From positions 1 to 37,972 of the forward strand of contig JWZX01002966.1 of assembly GCA_001275005.1 (NCBI GenBank): a stretch of DNA of 37,972 nt. Reading direction: 5' to 3'. The position numbers and the translations under genes are program-made. Positions within the stretch are counted from its first letter, which is position 1; every line of letters starts with the position of its first letter. The stretch is from Chrysochromulina tobinii. Lineage: Eukaryota. The notes beneath the pieces are model-generated. The model ran no database searches. It had not been told where the DNA came from and was given only the letters and a program-made list of their open reading frames with translations. This document shows positions 15,952 through 25,703 of this stretch, in pieces.

Positions 15952-18900
15952 ATGAGCAGTCCCCTTGTGCCCCTTGTGGCCATCCCAATCCTCAAGACGC
16001 CAGTCGGGGGCGGGGCTGCATCATCATCGTCGACGTGCAAGAAGAGCGCGCGTGGTTCATCTTCCGCCCGCGGTAGCAGCAGCAGCAACACAAACAATCC
16101 TCTCGGTGGCGGCGGTAGTGCGAGAAAGGGCAGTTCGACGCCGCGCGGCTCCGCTTCACCGCGCAGTACATCGGCAGCGCGTCCTGCCGCCAGCAAGTCA
16201 GCCAGCAGCAGCAGCAACAACAGCAGCAACAGCGGCAAGGCTCTGAACAGCGGCGGTAGCAGTGGCGGCAGGGGAAACTTTGCAGTAGGCAGCTCACTCG
16301 TATCTGCTGCAGCGCAGACCGCCAGCGAGACCGCGCAGAGCTCCGCGCAGACTGCCGGTATCGCTGCCAAAGCTGCAATTGTGGCGGCTGCCGTCGCCGC
16401 CGGAAGCAGCGGTAGCGCGACGAAGCTGGCCACACCGCCTCCAGCTCTGCCGCCTCCAGCCATGCCGCCTCCAGCCATGAAGCTGGCCATGCGGCCTCCT
16501 GCCTCGAGCCGCCTGTCTGAACTGTGTGCCGAAATTCAGGATGCACTCGAGCCGGAACTTCCGCGACTGCGCGATCTTTTCACCTCGTGGGACAAGGACA
16601 AAGATGGTGAGCTCGACCGCAAAGAGTTTGTGCGCGGGATCAACGCTGTGGGCGTGGCGGCCACCAAAGAGGAGCTACATCAGCTCTTTGACCAGTGGGA
16701 CACGAATACGTCGGGAAAGCTCGACCTTGCAGAGGTGATGACTGCGCTGCGCCGCGCGCAGCTACGCCGGCAGAACAGCATCGAAACCATCCAAAAGGCC
16801 ATGCGGGAGCGCACGTCGCGCCAAGACGTGCAGTCAAAGCCTGCGGCGGAGACGAGCAGTGGCGGCGGAAGCAGCAACAGCAGCAGCGAGAGTGCAGTCG
16901 CATCCGCCTTGGCTTCTGCACCCGCAGCGTCCGCAGTAGTGCCGGCCACGATTTCAGATCAATCCTCAAAGAAGGCAAGCAGCCTGCGCCCCATAGGCCA
17001 GGCCTTGCTCGCCGTGCAAACGCCGCCGACCGCCAAGGGTGGCGGCGCCGGTGCCTCGAGCAGCAGCAAGGGCGGCCCGCCACGCCGCATCCAGCGGCGC
17101 AACTTGGAGGAGTGCACGTCCGAGGCAGAGGAACACGATTGGACGGCGTCACAGTGGCTGCAGAGCCTGATGCTGCACGAGGTCCTCATCTCCGCATTCG
17201 AGCTGCCGCCTGCGGGCGCGAAACAGTTCAACTTTGTCAAGCGGCTCACCAGGCAAGATCTCGAGGAGAAGCTTCTGCGGCAAGACGTGCTCGTGGCTCT
17301 CGTCGACGCGGTGCATGAGGGCGTGATGAAGCTGAGCGGTGGTGCGGGCGGGCCGCAGGATGGAACGATCAAGTCCGACAAGTTCCAGACAAATGCCAAG
17401 TTCCAAATGAGCTACGGCTCTCTCTCACTCTTCTACGGCGGGCTCGAGTCGCTGCTCGGCCCGCCCAAGATGGTGCGTGGCTCCCTCTTCAATGCCATGG
17501 AGGGCGAACACACGGCGGAGAAGGATAGCTTCATCATGTTTACCACACCGAACGGCGTGACGACGCAGTCGGCGACCGAATGGGAAGTTGTGAGCGCGCC
17601 AAGCCGTGGCACCACGTACCCCGAGCGCGAGGGCTTTCGCGACCGTCATCCCGAGTTGTGCCGCCGGCTCAGGTCGCTCGACGACTACATGGCGATTATG
17701 GAGGTGGAGTGCAACCAGAAGCTGCGCAAGGCAGGGCACTCGGAACTCATCAAGGAGGAGTTGTGTGGTGGCCGTCTGTACACGGGGCCAATGTACGCCA
17801 AGTACAACACGGTGCTCCGCGCCAAGTCACGCGACAAGTACCTGGTCGAGCTCGCGGCCAGCCTCACCCTCGGCAACGATTACGTGACCACGATCCACGC
17901 GTGCAACTCGTGCGTGCTCAAGCTCTCGAAGCTGACCAAGGCGGGCAAGGTGTGGCGCGGCATCAAAGGTGCTAAGTTGCCCAAGACCTTTTGGGTGGCC
18001 AACGACATGGGCGTGCGCGGCGGCATCGAATACGGCTTCTCATCGACATCCACCGACAAGGCGCAGGCGTTCGAGTACGCGACAGGCGGCGACCGTCAGG
18101 AGGGCGATGCCAGTACAATCTTCGAGATGCAGATGGGCATGGTCGACCGCGGCGCCGATCTGACGTGGCTCTCGCAGTACCCACACGAGCGCGAGGTACT
18201 GCTGCCGCCGCTCACGGGCCTCGAGGCGCTCGAGCACTCGGTTGAGGGCGGTGTGCTCGTGATCCAGTCGCGTTTCTCGCTCAACATGGCGGCGCACACG
18301 CTCGAGCAGGTGCTCTCGCGCCGGCGTAAGATGCTCATGGACATGTGTTTGGGCATCGAGCTCGAGTTGCGCGACCAGCTCGACGAGCGGCTGGGCACGC
18401 TCGCCATCAAGATTTTGAACCTTTCGCTGCAGTTCGGCCCCTTTGCCAAGCCGACGGAGTGGTTCAACGATGATGAGAACTTTGCGCAGGTGATGTCTTC
18501 AACGCTCCGGCTGCAGCATGTGCTCCAGAGCGAGATTGGCAAACTCGCGAGCCACATGGAGAAGCCCGATATCTCCTTCCGTGGCTGGCGGGAGCTGGCC
18601 GACTCGCGCACGTGGCTCATCGCCGGCTGGGCCAATGCGCGTACCTCGCAGAGCGAGGTTTCCGTTGACCTGCGTGAGGCGTGTCTCACCGATGCCGAGG
18701 GGGTGGTCCTCGCCGAGTGCCTCCAAAAGTGCCCGCGCCTCACCTCGCTCGACCTGCGCGGCAATCCTGCGCTCAAGGATGCGGGGCTCGCGGCGCTTTG
18801 CCAGGCGTTGCGCGATGAGAAGCCCGGGCATCCGCGCTCGCTCTGCGGTGTCTCGCCCGGCAACACACGGCTCGAGGTGCAGCGCCAGTTCGGGCCTGAG

Positions 18901-20124
18901 GAGATGGTCGACCTCCAGCTGATCGTGGCCGAGCTTGAGAATCACATCTATTCCGAGTCCGTGACGGCGGGCATGGGCGGCAAAGCGACGAGCGGCACGA
19001 TCCAGCTCAACCGGCGCGGCGGCGGCGGCAAAAAAGAGGACGGGGCCTCGGGCTGGCAGCCGCTCATGTGGGCTGCACGCGCGTGCCACGTGCAAATCGC
19101 CCAGCAGCTGCTACGCAACGGCGCGAACGTCAATGAGCAGGAGGCGGCCGGCTCGCACTCGAATAAGTACTCGCCGCTGCACATGGCGTGCTACAAGGGG
19201 CATTCCGAGATGGCGCGGCTGCTGCTGCGCTGCGGCGCCGACCTGACACTTAAGGATGTTAACGGGCAGACGGCCAGGACAGTTGCCGAGAAAAAGGCGC
19301 ATACGGAGCTCGTCGAGCTGCTCGATGCCCATGCGGCCAGCCCGTTGCCGCCGCTCTTGGGTGGAGGAGCGCAGGTCGCCATACAGAGTCAGTCGGGAGG
19401 AACGGCCAGCGTTACGAAGAGCATGGCGCCACCGCCAGTTGCAAAGCGGCAACCCATTGGCGGCGGCGCCGGCGCCGGCGCGATGAGTGGCCGCAGCGGT
19501 AGCCTCGCACCCAAGGGAGCGCAAGAGAGCAATAGGGGTGCGCCTCTCACTCCCAAGAGCGACGGCGGCCTCTCACCCCAGGTGCTGACACCCAAGGGAT
19601 CGCAAGAGAGCGATGGGGGTGCGCCTCTCATTTCCAATGAAGCGCAGGAGAGCACAAGCTCGCACGCGCCGACGCCGCCGACGCCCCACGGGCAGGTGGC
19701 CAGGACAGTTGCCGAGAAAAAGGCGCATACGGAGCTCGTCGAGCTGCTCGATGCACATGAGGCCAACCCGTTGCCGCCGCTCTTGGGTGGAGGAGCGCAG
19801 GTCGCCATACAGAGTCAGTCGGGAGGAACGGCCAGCGTTACGAAGAGCAAGGCGCCACCGCCAGTCGCAAAGCGGCAACCCATTGGCGGCGGCGCCGGCG
19901 CCGGCGCGATGAGTGGCCGCAGCGGTAGCCTCACACCCAAGGGTGCGCAAGAGAGCAATAGGGGTGCGCCTCTCACTCCCAAGAGCGACGGCGGCCTCTC
20001 ACCCCAGGTGCTGACACCCAAGGGATCGCAAGAGAGCGATGGGGGTGCGCCTCTCATTTCCAATGAAGCGCAGGAGAGCACAAGCTCGCACTCGCCGACG
20101 CCGCCGCCGCCCCGAGCCATGTAG
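15952..20124 (+). CDS. Multidomain mono-ADP-ribosyltransferase (ART, R-S-E class): EF-hand pair + ART + LRR + ankyrin repeats
   Basis: 1390-aa ORF. EF-hands DKDKDGELDRKE and DTNTSGKLDLAE (~16567-16750). ART motifs LYTGPMY..YN..LR, VWRG (R at 17956), FSSTS (~18040), SQYPHEREVLLPP (ExE at 18187-18195). RNI-like LRR LTSLDLRGN (~18660-18810). Ankyrin repeats GWQPLMWAA...GANVN and SPLHMACYKGH...GADLTLKD (~19050-19330). The true start is uncertain. Confidence 0.88.
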   Translation: MSSPLVPLVAIPILKTPVGGGAASSSSTCKKSARGSSSARGSSSSNTNNPLGGGGSARKGSSTPRGSASPRSTSAARPAASKSASSSSNNSSNSGKALNSGGSSGGRGNFAVGSSLVSAAAQTASETAQSSAQTAGIAAKAAIVAAAVAAGSSGSATKLATPPPALPPPAMPPPAMKLAMRPPASSRLSELCAEIQDALEPELPRLRDLFTSWDKDKDGELDRKEFVRGINAVGVAATKEELHQLFDQWDTNTSGKLDLAEVMTALRRAQLRRQNSIETIQKAMRERTSRQDVQSKPAAETSSGGGSSNSSSESAVASALASAPAASAVVPATISDQSSKKASSLRPIGQALLAVQTPPTAKGGGAGASSSSKGGPPRRIQRRNLEECTSEAEEHDWTASQWLQSLMLHEVLISAFELPPAGAKQFNFVKRLTRQDLEEKLLRQDVLVALVDAVHEGVMKLSGGAGGPQDGTIKSDKFQTNAKFQMSYGSLSLFYGGLESLLGPPKMVRGSLFNAMEGEHTAEKDSFIMFTTPNGVTTQSATEWEVVSAPSRGTTYPEREGFRDRHPELCRRLRSLDDYMAIMEVECNQKLRKAGHSELIKEELCGGRLYTGPMYAKYNTVLRAKSRDKYLVELAASLTLGNDYVTTIHACNSCVLKLSKLTKAGKVWRGIKGAKLPKTFWVANDMGVRGGIEYGFSSTSTDKAQAFEYATGGDRQEGDASTIFEMQMGMVDRGADLTWLSQYPHEREVLLPPLTGLEALEHSVEGGVLVIQSRFSLNMAAHTLEQVLSRRRKMLMDMCLGIELELRDQLDERLGTLAIKILNLSLQFGPFAKPTEWFNDDENFAQVMSSTLRLQHVLQSEIGKLASHMEKPDISFRGWRELADSRTWLIAGWANARTSQSEVSVDLREACLTDAEGVVLAECLQKCPRLTSLDLRGNPALKDAGLAALCQALRDEKPGHPRSLCGVSPGNTRLEVQRQFGPEEMVDLQLIVAELENHIYSESVTAGMGGKATSGTIQLNRRGGGGKKEDGASGWQPLMWAARACHVQIAQQLLRNGANVNEQEAAGSHSNKYSPLHMACYKGHSEMARLLLRCGADLTLKDVNGQTARTVAEKKAHTELVELLDAHAASPLPPLLGGGAQVAIQSQSGGTASVTKSMAPPPVAKRQPIGGGAGAGAMSGRSGSLAPKGAQESNRGAPLTPKSDGGLSPQVLTPKGSQESDGGAPLISNEAQESTSSHAPTPPTPHGQVARTVAEKKAHTELVELLDAHEANPLPPLLGGGAQVAIQSQSGGTASVTKSKAPPPVAKRQPIGGGAGAGAMSGRSGSLTPKGAQESNRGAPLTPKSDGGLSPQVLTPKGSQESDGGAPLISNEAQESTSSHSPTPPPPRAM
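19262..20113 (+). repeat. Tandem duplication, 2 x 426 bp (142 aa), in the 3' end of the ART gene
   Basis: 19262-19687 aligns without gaps to 19688-20113; I count 11 mismatches by eye (~97% identity). Confidence 0.95.
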
Positions 20125-20331
20125 CAGGTCATCAGACCGGTCTGCTCTATATCGCTCGAGGGTGCGCTGCTGACGCGAAACGCAGCCGCAAGCGGAAGCC
20201 GCCCAACGGAGGCGACTCCCACTCCGCTTCCATCCACCAAGCCGATAGATTCAGATTTCAGTCCCTGTGCGCATTTTGAGATTTCAGGTTTATTTAATCT
20301 TTCTGTCATGTGCCGCTCTGGGCAGAACACT

Positions 20332-22194
20332 CTACGTGTACACTAGCTGTGCTCTCTGGACGTGCTCTATGTAGCCGGCGGACCGCGGATTTATTGGCTG
20401 CCGCCGCCCATGGTGCTCTGGCGGTCCTCCCTGCACGGCTAGTCGACCCGACAGATGTCCAGAGGTCCCAAAATTTATGTATGCAACGTTCGGGCTGCGA
20501 AGGGCACGCTCCGTGCGCAGAACTCGGATGCCCTTGGGCGGCCAGTTGAGCTTGCGACTGATGTAGAGCACGTCCGGGGGAGGCGGCGGCGCTCGGTGCG
20601 GCTGCAAAGCGATGCGCGCCGCCTCTTCTGCAACGCGAGGCAGCTCGTGCAGCTCGCAGATGCGCAGCGCGCGAGGCGCACCGAGAGTCCTATCCCGCTG
20701 AGAACCTTGGCTTGCGGCGTGCGCCGCGGGCGGTGTCGGAGCCAGGCGGTGCACGGGCGACGGCCTCTGCGCGGCGATTCTCTGCTTGTCGCGCTGTAGC
20801 CCGTAATCAAGCGGCCACGCAGGCGGACGGCCACTAGGCCGCCAGATCGCGCGAATTTCCGAGGAATCCGGTGGCGCCGGACTTGCTGGTTCGAGGTCGA
20901 ACGCCGAGCGACGCGCCTGCGGCGTGCTGAAGAAAGATGGAGTAATGCTCACAGTGGATGACCCCGACGAAATGCGGCGCATCACAGGTGGTCGCCGCCG
21001 GGACGATGACGCCGACACTGACCGCCTCCGTGGTTCTATCCAGCGCGCAAAATTTGCGATGCTGAGCGTCACATTCTTGGCGAGGTCCTGTTCCACGGCG
21101 ATGGAATCAAAAGTATCCTCGACCGCCCCACGAACCTTGTCGTACCAAAGCTCGTTGGTCGAGCCGATTAGTCGCTTCCAATTCTGCAACCACTCTCTCT
21201 TCCGGAGCGTGCCGTCCTTGTTTGCACCATACCACGCCTCGAGTAAGTCATCAACGTGCGCGCCACACCGTTCGACCCCCTCCCGCAGCTCGTCGCGCAG
21301 CCGATCTTCGTCCCACGGCTCATCGTCCTCAAACACGCGCGACCTCAACGAAAGGTGCTTGAGCGCACGCTTTCGCGCTCGGCCGCTCAGAGGCGAGTCA
21401 TTGACCCACGCACTAAACTCGTCGAATGTGATGCCGCCCGAGTCATTCTCGTCAAGCCGCTCAAATATCTGCGCCAACACGTTGTGTGGTCCGTGGAAGC
21501 CTAATCTACCCATCGCCGCGATGAATTCGTCTCGGTCCACAAGGTTGTCGCAGTCATCATCCAAATGCTCAAAGAGCTGCACCAATCCGATATTGTGTTC
21601 CTGAAGAATGTAAGCGAGTGCATGGCGCACACTATCCGGACCGCCACCAAACGTCCAAGCAGCTGTCGACATCAGATTTAGCTTGGGCGCCTCCTTTAGC
21701 ACATGCTTGTCCAGCGCCGCATTCCACATCATTGCAACCATACATTCCTTCATCCTCGCCGACCTCGGTGACGTTTGATGTTGCCGCCTGTTCGTAAGCT
21801 CCTCGAGCAGCAGTTTATACGGTAGCGCGCCATCCTGACTCATTTCAAGGAAGAGTTCGTGCGCTTCTGCACTGAAACCTAGGTCGCGGGCGAAATGTGT
21901 GAACTCCCATTCATCCAGGCACCCATCGCACACGCGGAGGTCATACGCCTTGAAGATGGCGAGAGCGCCCATATTAGCGGTGAGTGCCGCGGCACTTAGC
22001 GACCACTGCACAAAGTCCGAACGTTTGACAAATCCATTGTTCGATCCCTCTATCATGCTGAACCATGCCTTGATATCCTCTGGCTTTTGGCTCTGACGGA
22101 CGCGCAAAGGCAGCACCTTGAGAAACTCGCTGAACGAGATCTCGCCATCATCGTGGTGGCCAGCGTCCATGAAGGACCTGTGATGCTGCCGCAT
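20332..22194 (-). CDS. Multi-EF-hand calcium-binding protein, paralog of 31410..34211
   Basis: 620-aa ORF with EF loops DDDCDNLVDRDE and DENDSGGITFDE, degenerate loops (DDGEISFSEF, DGCLDEWEF) and a low-complexity C-terminal tail. An upstream exon is possible. Confidence 0.85.
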   Translation of the reverse strand: MRQHHRSFMDAGHHDDGEISFSEFLKVLPLRVRQSQKPEDIKAWFSMIEGSNNGFVKRSDFVQWSLSAAALTANMGALAIFKAYDLRVCDGCLDEWEFTHFARDLGFSAEAHELFLEMSQDGALPYKLLLEELTNRRQHQTSPRSARMKECMVAMMWNAALDKHVLKEAPKLNLMSTAAWTFGGGPDSVRHALAYILQEHNIGLVQLFEHLDDDCDNLVDRDEFIAAMGRLGFHGPHNVLAQIFERLDENDSGGITFDEFSAWVNDSPLSGRARKRALKHLSLRSRVFEDDEPWDEDRLRDELREGVERCGAHVDDLLEAWYGANKDGTLRKREWLQNWKRLIGSTNELWYDKVRGAVEDTFDSIAVEQDLAKNVTLSIANFARWIEPRRRSVSASSSRRRPPVMRRISSGSSTVSITPSFFSTPQARRSAFDLEPASPAPPDSSEIRAIWRPSGRPPAWPLDYGLQRDKQRIAAQRPSPVHRLAPTPPAAHAASQGSQRDRTLGAPRALRICELHELPRVAEEAARIALQPHRAPPPPPDVLYISRKLNWPPKGIRVLRTERALRSPNVAYINFGTSGHLSGRLAVQGGPPEHHGRRQPINPRSAGYIEHVQRAQLVYT

Positions 22195-22606
22195 CAGCGG
22201 CTGCGCGTCCTGAACGTCTGGTCCGGATGCTGCGCCTTCACCCCCAAACCCTCCAGCTCGTCAAAACCTGTCGTTCAGCAAGCCGGGCGTTCGTCGCGAA
22301 GCGGATTTTGACGTTTCATTAGCGGATGTCGCGTCTGTCGTGTTATTAACGTTCACACGAGACGTCTTGCAACTTGGGTTCACACTCTCTTGGGTTTCCC
22401 CCCCAAAGCTTAAAGGCGTCACATCGCGCCGCGTACAATGTACATTGTATCTCTGCTTCGAGAGGCAACGGAATAATTGTACATGTATTGTCCTCGTCCC
22501 CCTTTCTTCAAATTGCCCGTGCCCGTGCCCGTGACGGTGGCTGCTGGAGATGCCGCAAATAATTCACAATGATGTTGTTTCCGAAGTCCCACCGTTTCAA
22601 AGACGG

Positions 22607-22780
22607 CCGGGGGAGCCGGGACACACACAGCCTCATGGGACACGGCCACCCGACTCCCCCGGGCGCACAAGGGCACACGGACCCCCGTACCGGTAAAAAG
22701 ACACCGGGGGGAGCCGGGACACACACGGGACAACGGACCTATCACTGGGGGTCGCCGTGTGTGTCCCGGCCCCCCCGGTG
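22607..22780. mobile_element. MITE-like / fold-back repeat element
   Basis: ccgggg(g)gagccgggacacacac at 22607-22628 and 22704-22726, with an inverted copy at 22757-22778. 22702-22728 pairs with 22755-22780 (26-bp stem, one bulge). Shares an exact 35-mer with 11876-11910. Confidence 0.5.
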
Positions 22781-22825
22781 CAAAACTCCGCAAGCACAAA
22801 ACCTTCTCAAAGTCTCTCTTTCTGA

Positions 22826-23509
22826 ATGCTTCCGCTTCCATTCGCCACATGTCTGGCCGCGTGGGTTGCCCCGATGCGCTTCCCGGCGGGCGCCCACCAG
22901 CTTCCTGTCGTGATGGCTGAGGACGTTGATGGCGGCTCAAAGATCTTTTATGACATCGACGACCCGTACGACCCGCTTGGCAAGGCCGAGTCATCCGCGG
23001 TTTCATCGCCCGAGTACTGGCGTCTCTCTGGTGCCCAAACGTTCGCTGAGTACCACACGAAGCGCGGCAGGAACACGATTCCATCGGTCCCCGCGACAGC
23101 CACACACAAGCCGCGACCATGGACGAATGACGGGGTGCCGCGGCAAGCCGTCCCCGTGCGGCAAGTCGCCCCCTACACTCGGCCAGTGCCAGCTGTGCCG
23201 CCGCCCACGGGCGTGTCGCTGACGCAGGCAAGCGCATCGCCGCCAACGGGCATGGTGATGCCAACAGCCCCGCCGCCGGTGATGGGTCTAGTGCCACCGC
23301 CAACTGCTGTGCCGCCGCCACCAGCAGTGTCGCCGTCGTGGTCATCACTTAACTTGGCGGGGAAGGTCACGTTGATCAAGGATGTGCTTGGCCTTGACCC
23401 CAACCTGAACCTTGCATCCACCATTCGAATTGCGAAGGAGGAGGTCGGGTGCGAGGCTGAAGGCAATCTCAATGCTCAAGCTGATGCGCTGCTCCAACAG
23501 ATAATGTAG
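22826..23509 (+). CDS. Hypothetical protein: probable signal/transit peptide, Pro-rich linker, small C-terminal helical module
   Basis: 227-aa ORF with a hydrophobic N-terminus ending ...PVVMAE and C-terminal LAGKVTLIKDVLGLDPNLNLASTIRIAKEEVGCEAEGNLNAQADALLQQI. Confidence 0.7.
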   Translation: MLPLPFATCLAAWVAPMRFPAGAHQLPVVMAEDVDGGSKIFYDIDDPYDPLGKAESSAVSSPEYWRLSGAQTFAEYHTKRGRNTIPSVPATATHKPRPWTNDGVPRQAVPVRQVAPYTRPVPAVPPPTGVSLTQASASPPTGMVMPTAPPPVMGLVPPPTAVPPPPAVSPSWSSLNLAGKVTLIKDVLGLDPNLNLASTIRIAKEEVGCEAEGNLNAQADALLQQIM

Positions 23510-24116
23510 CTGGCGATTCGCTTGGCGTCGGGTTGCCCGATCCTCATTTTGATCGAGAAAGCATCCGACGATCGATTTGTGCGAATGTGGTGATCTCATG
23601 GGCGAACTGGCTCAACTGGCTCAAACGCTGGAGATCATTTTTGGCGCAACTGGCGCAGTCTCGTGTACCATCAACCTTGCCGGCTGACACCAGCGCGCAG
23701 CGGCACGCAGCATGTGCATGAATTGCGGACGTGACCCTCCGTATGTGGTGTGATGTCGGTGTCATCGACTGACCTGTCTCTCGTGTCCATGTCGTAAGAG
23801 TCGGAGTTTAAGCATGTGCGATGTTGATGTCGTGGCGCTAGAGCGTAGAGTTTTTCCAGATAAAAGATTGAGAGTGTGCAGCGTGCTTCCGAACCAAATC
23901 GTACTACCTGTGTAACCTCCAGACCGTCCGTTGTACTTTCTACTTAGCGCTCGACGTGACATGAGCACATGACTTCCGGGTCGCGCGTCGCGGCCTGGGG
24001 CTCATGTGTCGTCTGCCAGTGAGACCGTTTCGCGTTCGCGCGATCCGGACTGATGTCAGGTTGTGCGCGCCGTTCATCGATCTCCTTCTCAGTGCTTGCT
24101 CGAGTTCATCGGGCGT

Positions 24117-25586
24117 TCATCGGGCGACGATGGTGACAGGCGCGCGAGCGTGCCCCTTGGCCTTCGGCTTAGTCAAGCGGTCTCCTGGTCTTGGCGCGAG
24201 CGGCCTCGCCACGAAACGGCCATAGCCTGGGTGCTCCTCATTGGGCGCGAAGCGTGCATTGAAGCTGATGCGCAGCATCTCACGCGGGTCGTACTTGCCA
24301 GGGCCGGGCGTGTCGCGGTTCGCGACGTCCTCCCAGGGCGGCCGATGCCAAGGAGCCGATCGAGACAGCGACCGTGCCTTGGTCGGCAGGGATGCGCTGC
24401 CGCCAGCGCCCGCGGATGCGGCGGCCACTGGTGTCGGGCCGCGTGCGCACAGGTCGCGGACTGCCGGCTGCGTCATCTGGGGCCACGGCTGGTGCGGCCA
24501 CGGCTGGTGCGGCCACGGCTGGTGCGGCCACGGCTGGTGCGGCCATTGCTGATGAGGCCACGGCTGGTGCGGCCACAACGGCCAGATTTGCTGCGACAGT
24601 GGCCAGCCCTGCATCGTCGTCGGAGGCCAGCTCTGGTGGAGCAGACCAGGGGCGGGTTGGTACAGCGCCGGTTGGTAAGCCGCCGCGGGAGGCATCTGCG
24701 ACATGCCATACGCGCCCGCTGGCATCTCGCCCGGCACTTGTGCTTGCGGCTGCTGCTGCTGTTGCTCGAGGAAAGCTTGGAATACCGCTGGTAGGGCCGC
24801 CGCCGCAGTTGCGGGCGTCGTCATGGCCTCGCCGACCGGCTCATCGGCAGGGGCGGGGGGAGGTACCAGTACAGCAGGAACGGGCGGCGGCTGTGGCGGC
24901 GGCGCGGGCGGCGCGGGGGGCGGCGGCACCGCATCGATGAGTGCCTCCACTCCAGCCATCACATCGGCTATCAGCACGGAGACCTTGCCCTCGAGCTGGT
25001 CGAGGCGCGCCTCGAGGTGTGCGCGCAGCGGGGGGCCACCGGACGTGGCCGCCTTGAGATGTGCATACGGTGACTTCTCGTGCGAGTCACGCAGCTCTTG
25101 ATAGCCAACGCCGGCCGGCCGCCACGGCTCATCCTCGTTGAGCGGTACCTTGCCACGTGATGAAGCGCGGCTTGCAACCGTTGGGCGAAGGTAAACTTGA
25201 TGTTTGGTCGCTTCACTGGCGCGTCCTTCACTGGCGCGTCCTCGTGCCGAAGACGGCTGAGGCGCTAGCACGGCGGCAGGCGGCCAGCGTGGACGTGCAG
25301 GAGGCGATCGTGGGCTCCCAACAGGAAACAAACTCGTCGCCATGGGAGGACGTGATTGCTGTGGCATCTCAACGGCCTTAGAGCTCACGTCGAGAGCGGT
25401 TTCGGATTGGTCGGCAGGTACTACAGAAAGGTCGGTTGGTGTCTTCGGTTTGTACGGAGTGGCGGGAAGGCTTTCGTCCGACTCGCTGGCCGTCAGCGCG
25501 CAGGCCGTGCTGCCCCTGGCCCAAGAAGGGACAGCGACGGACGTGGAGGAGCACCGCTGTCGGGCGGCGAGCTCGCCGGTCGCCAT
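24117..25586 (-). CDS. Pro/Gln-rich hypothetical protein with coiled coil, (QPWPH)n repeat and one PGPGxY (SHIPPO/STPG-like) motif
   Basis: Long ORF (track 24117..25670; first ATG 25586). Coiled coil LEARLDQLEGKVSVL; TPGPGKYDP near the C-terminus. Confidence 0.6.
   Translation of the reverse strand: MATGELAARQRCSSTSVAVPSWARGSTACALTASESDESLPATPYKPKTPTDLSVVPADQSETALDVSSKAVEMPQQSRPPMATSLFPVGSPRSPPARPRWPPAAVLAPQPSSARGRASEGRASEATKHQVYLRPTVASRASSRGKVPLNEDEPWRPAGVGYQELRDSHEKSPYAHLKAATSGGPPLRAHLEARLDQLEGKVSVLIADVMAGVEALIDAVPPPPAPPAPPPQPPPVPAVLVPPPAPADEPVGEAMTTPATAAAALPAVFQAFLEQQQQQPQAQVPGEMPAGAYGMSQMPPAAAYQPALYQPAPGLLHQSWPPTTMQGWPLSQQIWPLWPHQPWPHQQWPHQPWPHQPWPHQPWPHQPWPQMTQPAVRDLCARGPTPVAAASAGAGGSASLPTKARSLSRSAPWHRPPWEDVANRDTPGPGKYDPREMLRISFNARFAPNEEHPGYGRFVARPLAPRPGDRLTKPKAKGHARAPVTIVAR
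24478..24585. repeat. 15-bp coding minisatellite (ggccacggctggtgc)n encoding QPWPH on the minus strand
   Basis: Four perfect consecutive units plus degenerate units, read directly. Confidence 0.9.
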
Positions 25587-25667
25587 AAGCCGGTAGAACG
25601 CACCAACGCTCTCTCTTTGGCTCGCCGCAAAATAGACTCCGGCGCCACCGGGACACAGGTTCAACCG

Positions 25668-25703
25668 CAAGTCACGTCACGTCACGTCAAGACACGTCAA
25701 GTC
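25668..25703. repeat. Degenerate (CAAGT/CACGT)n pentanucleotide repeat in a short divergent intergenic gap
   Basis: caagt cacgt cacgt cacgt caaga cacgt caagt c; related to the repeat at 7030. Confidence 0.8.

Noticed and set aside
24549..24580. ctgatgaggcc...ggcc resembling hammerhead stem II
   Set aside because: Followed by ACAA rather than GAAA, and explained by the coding minisatellite.
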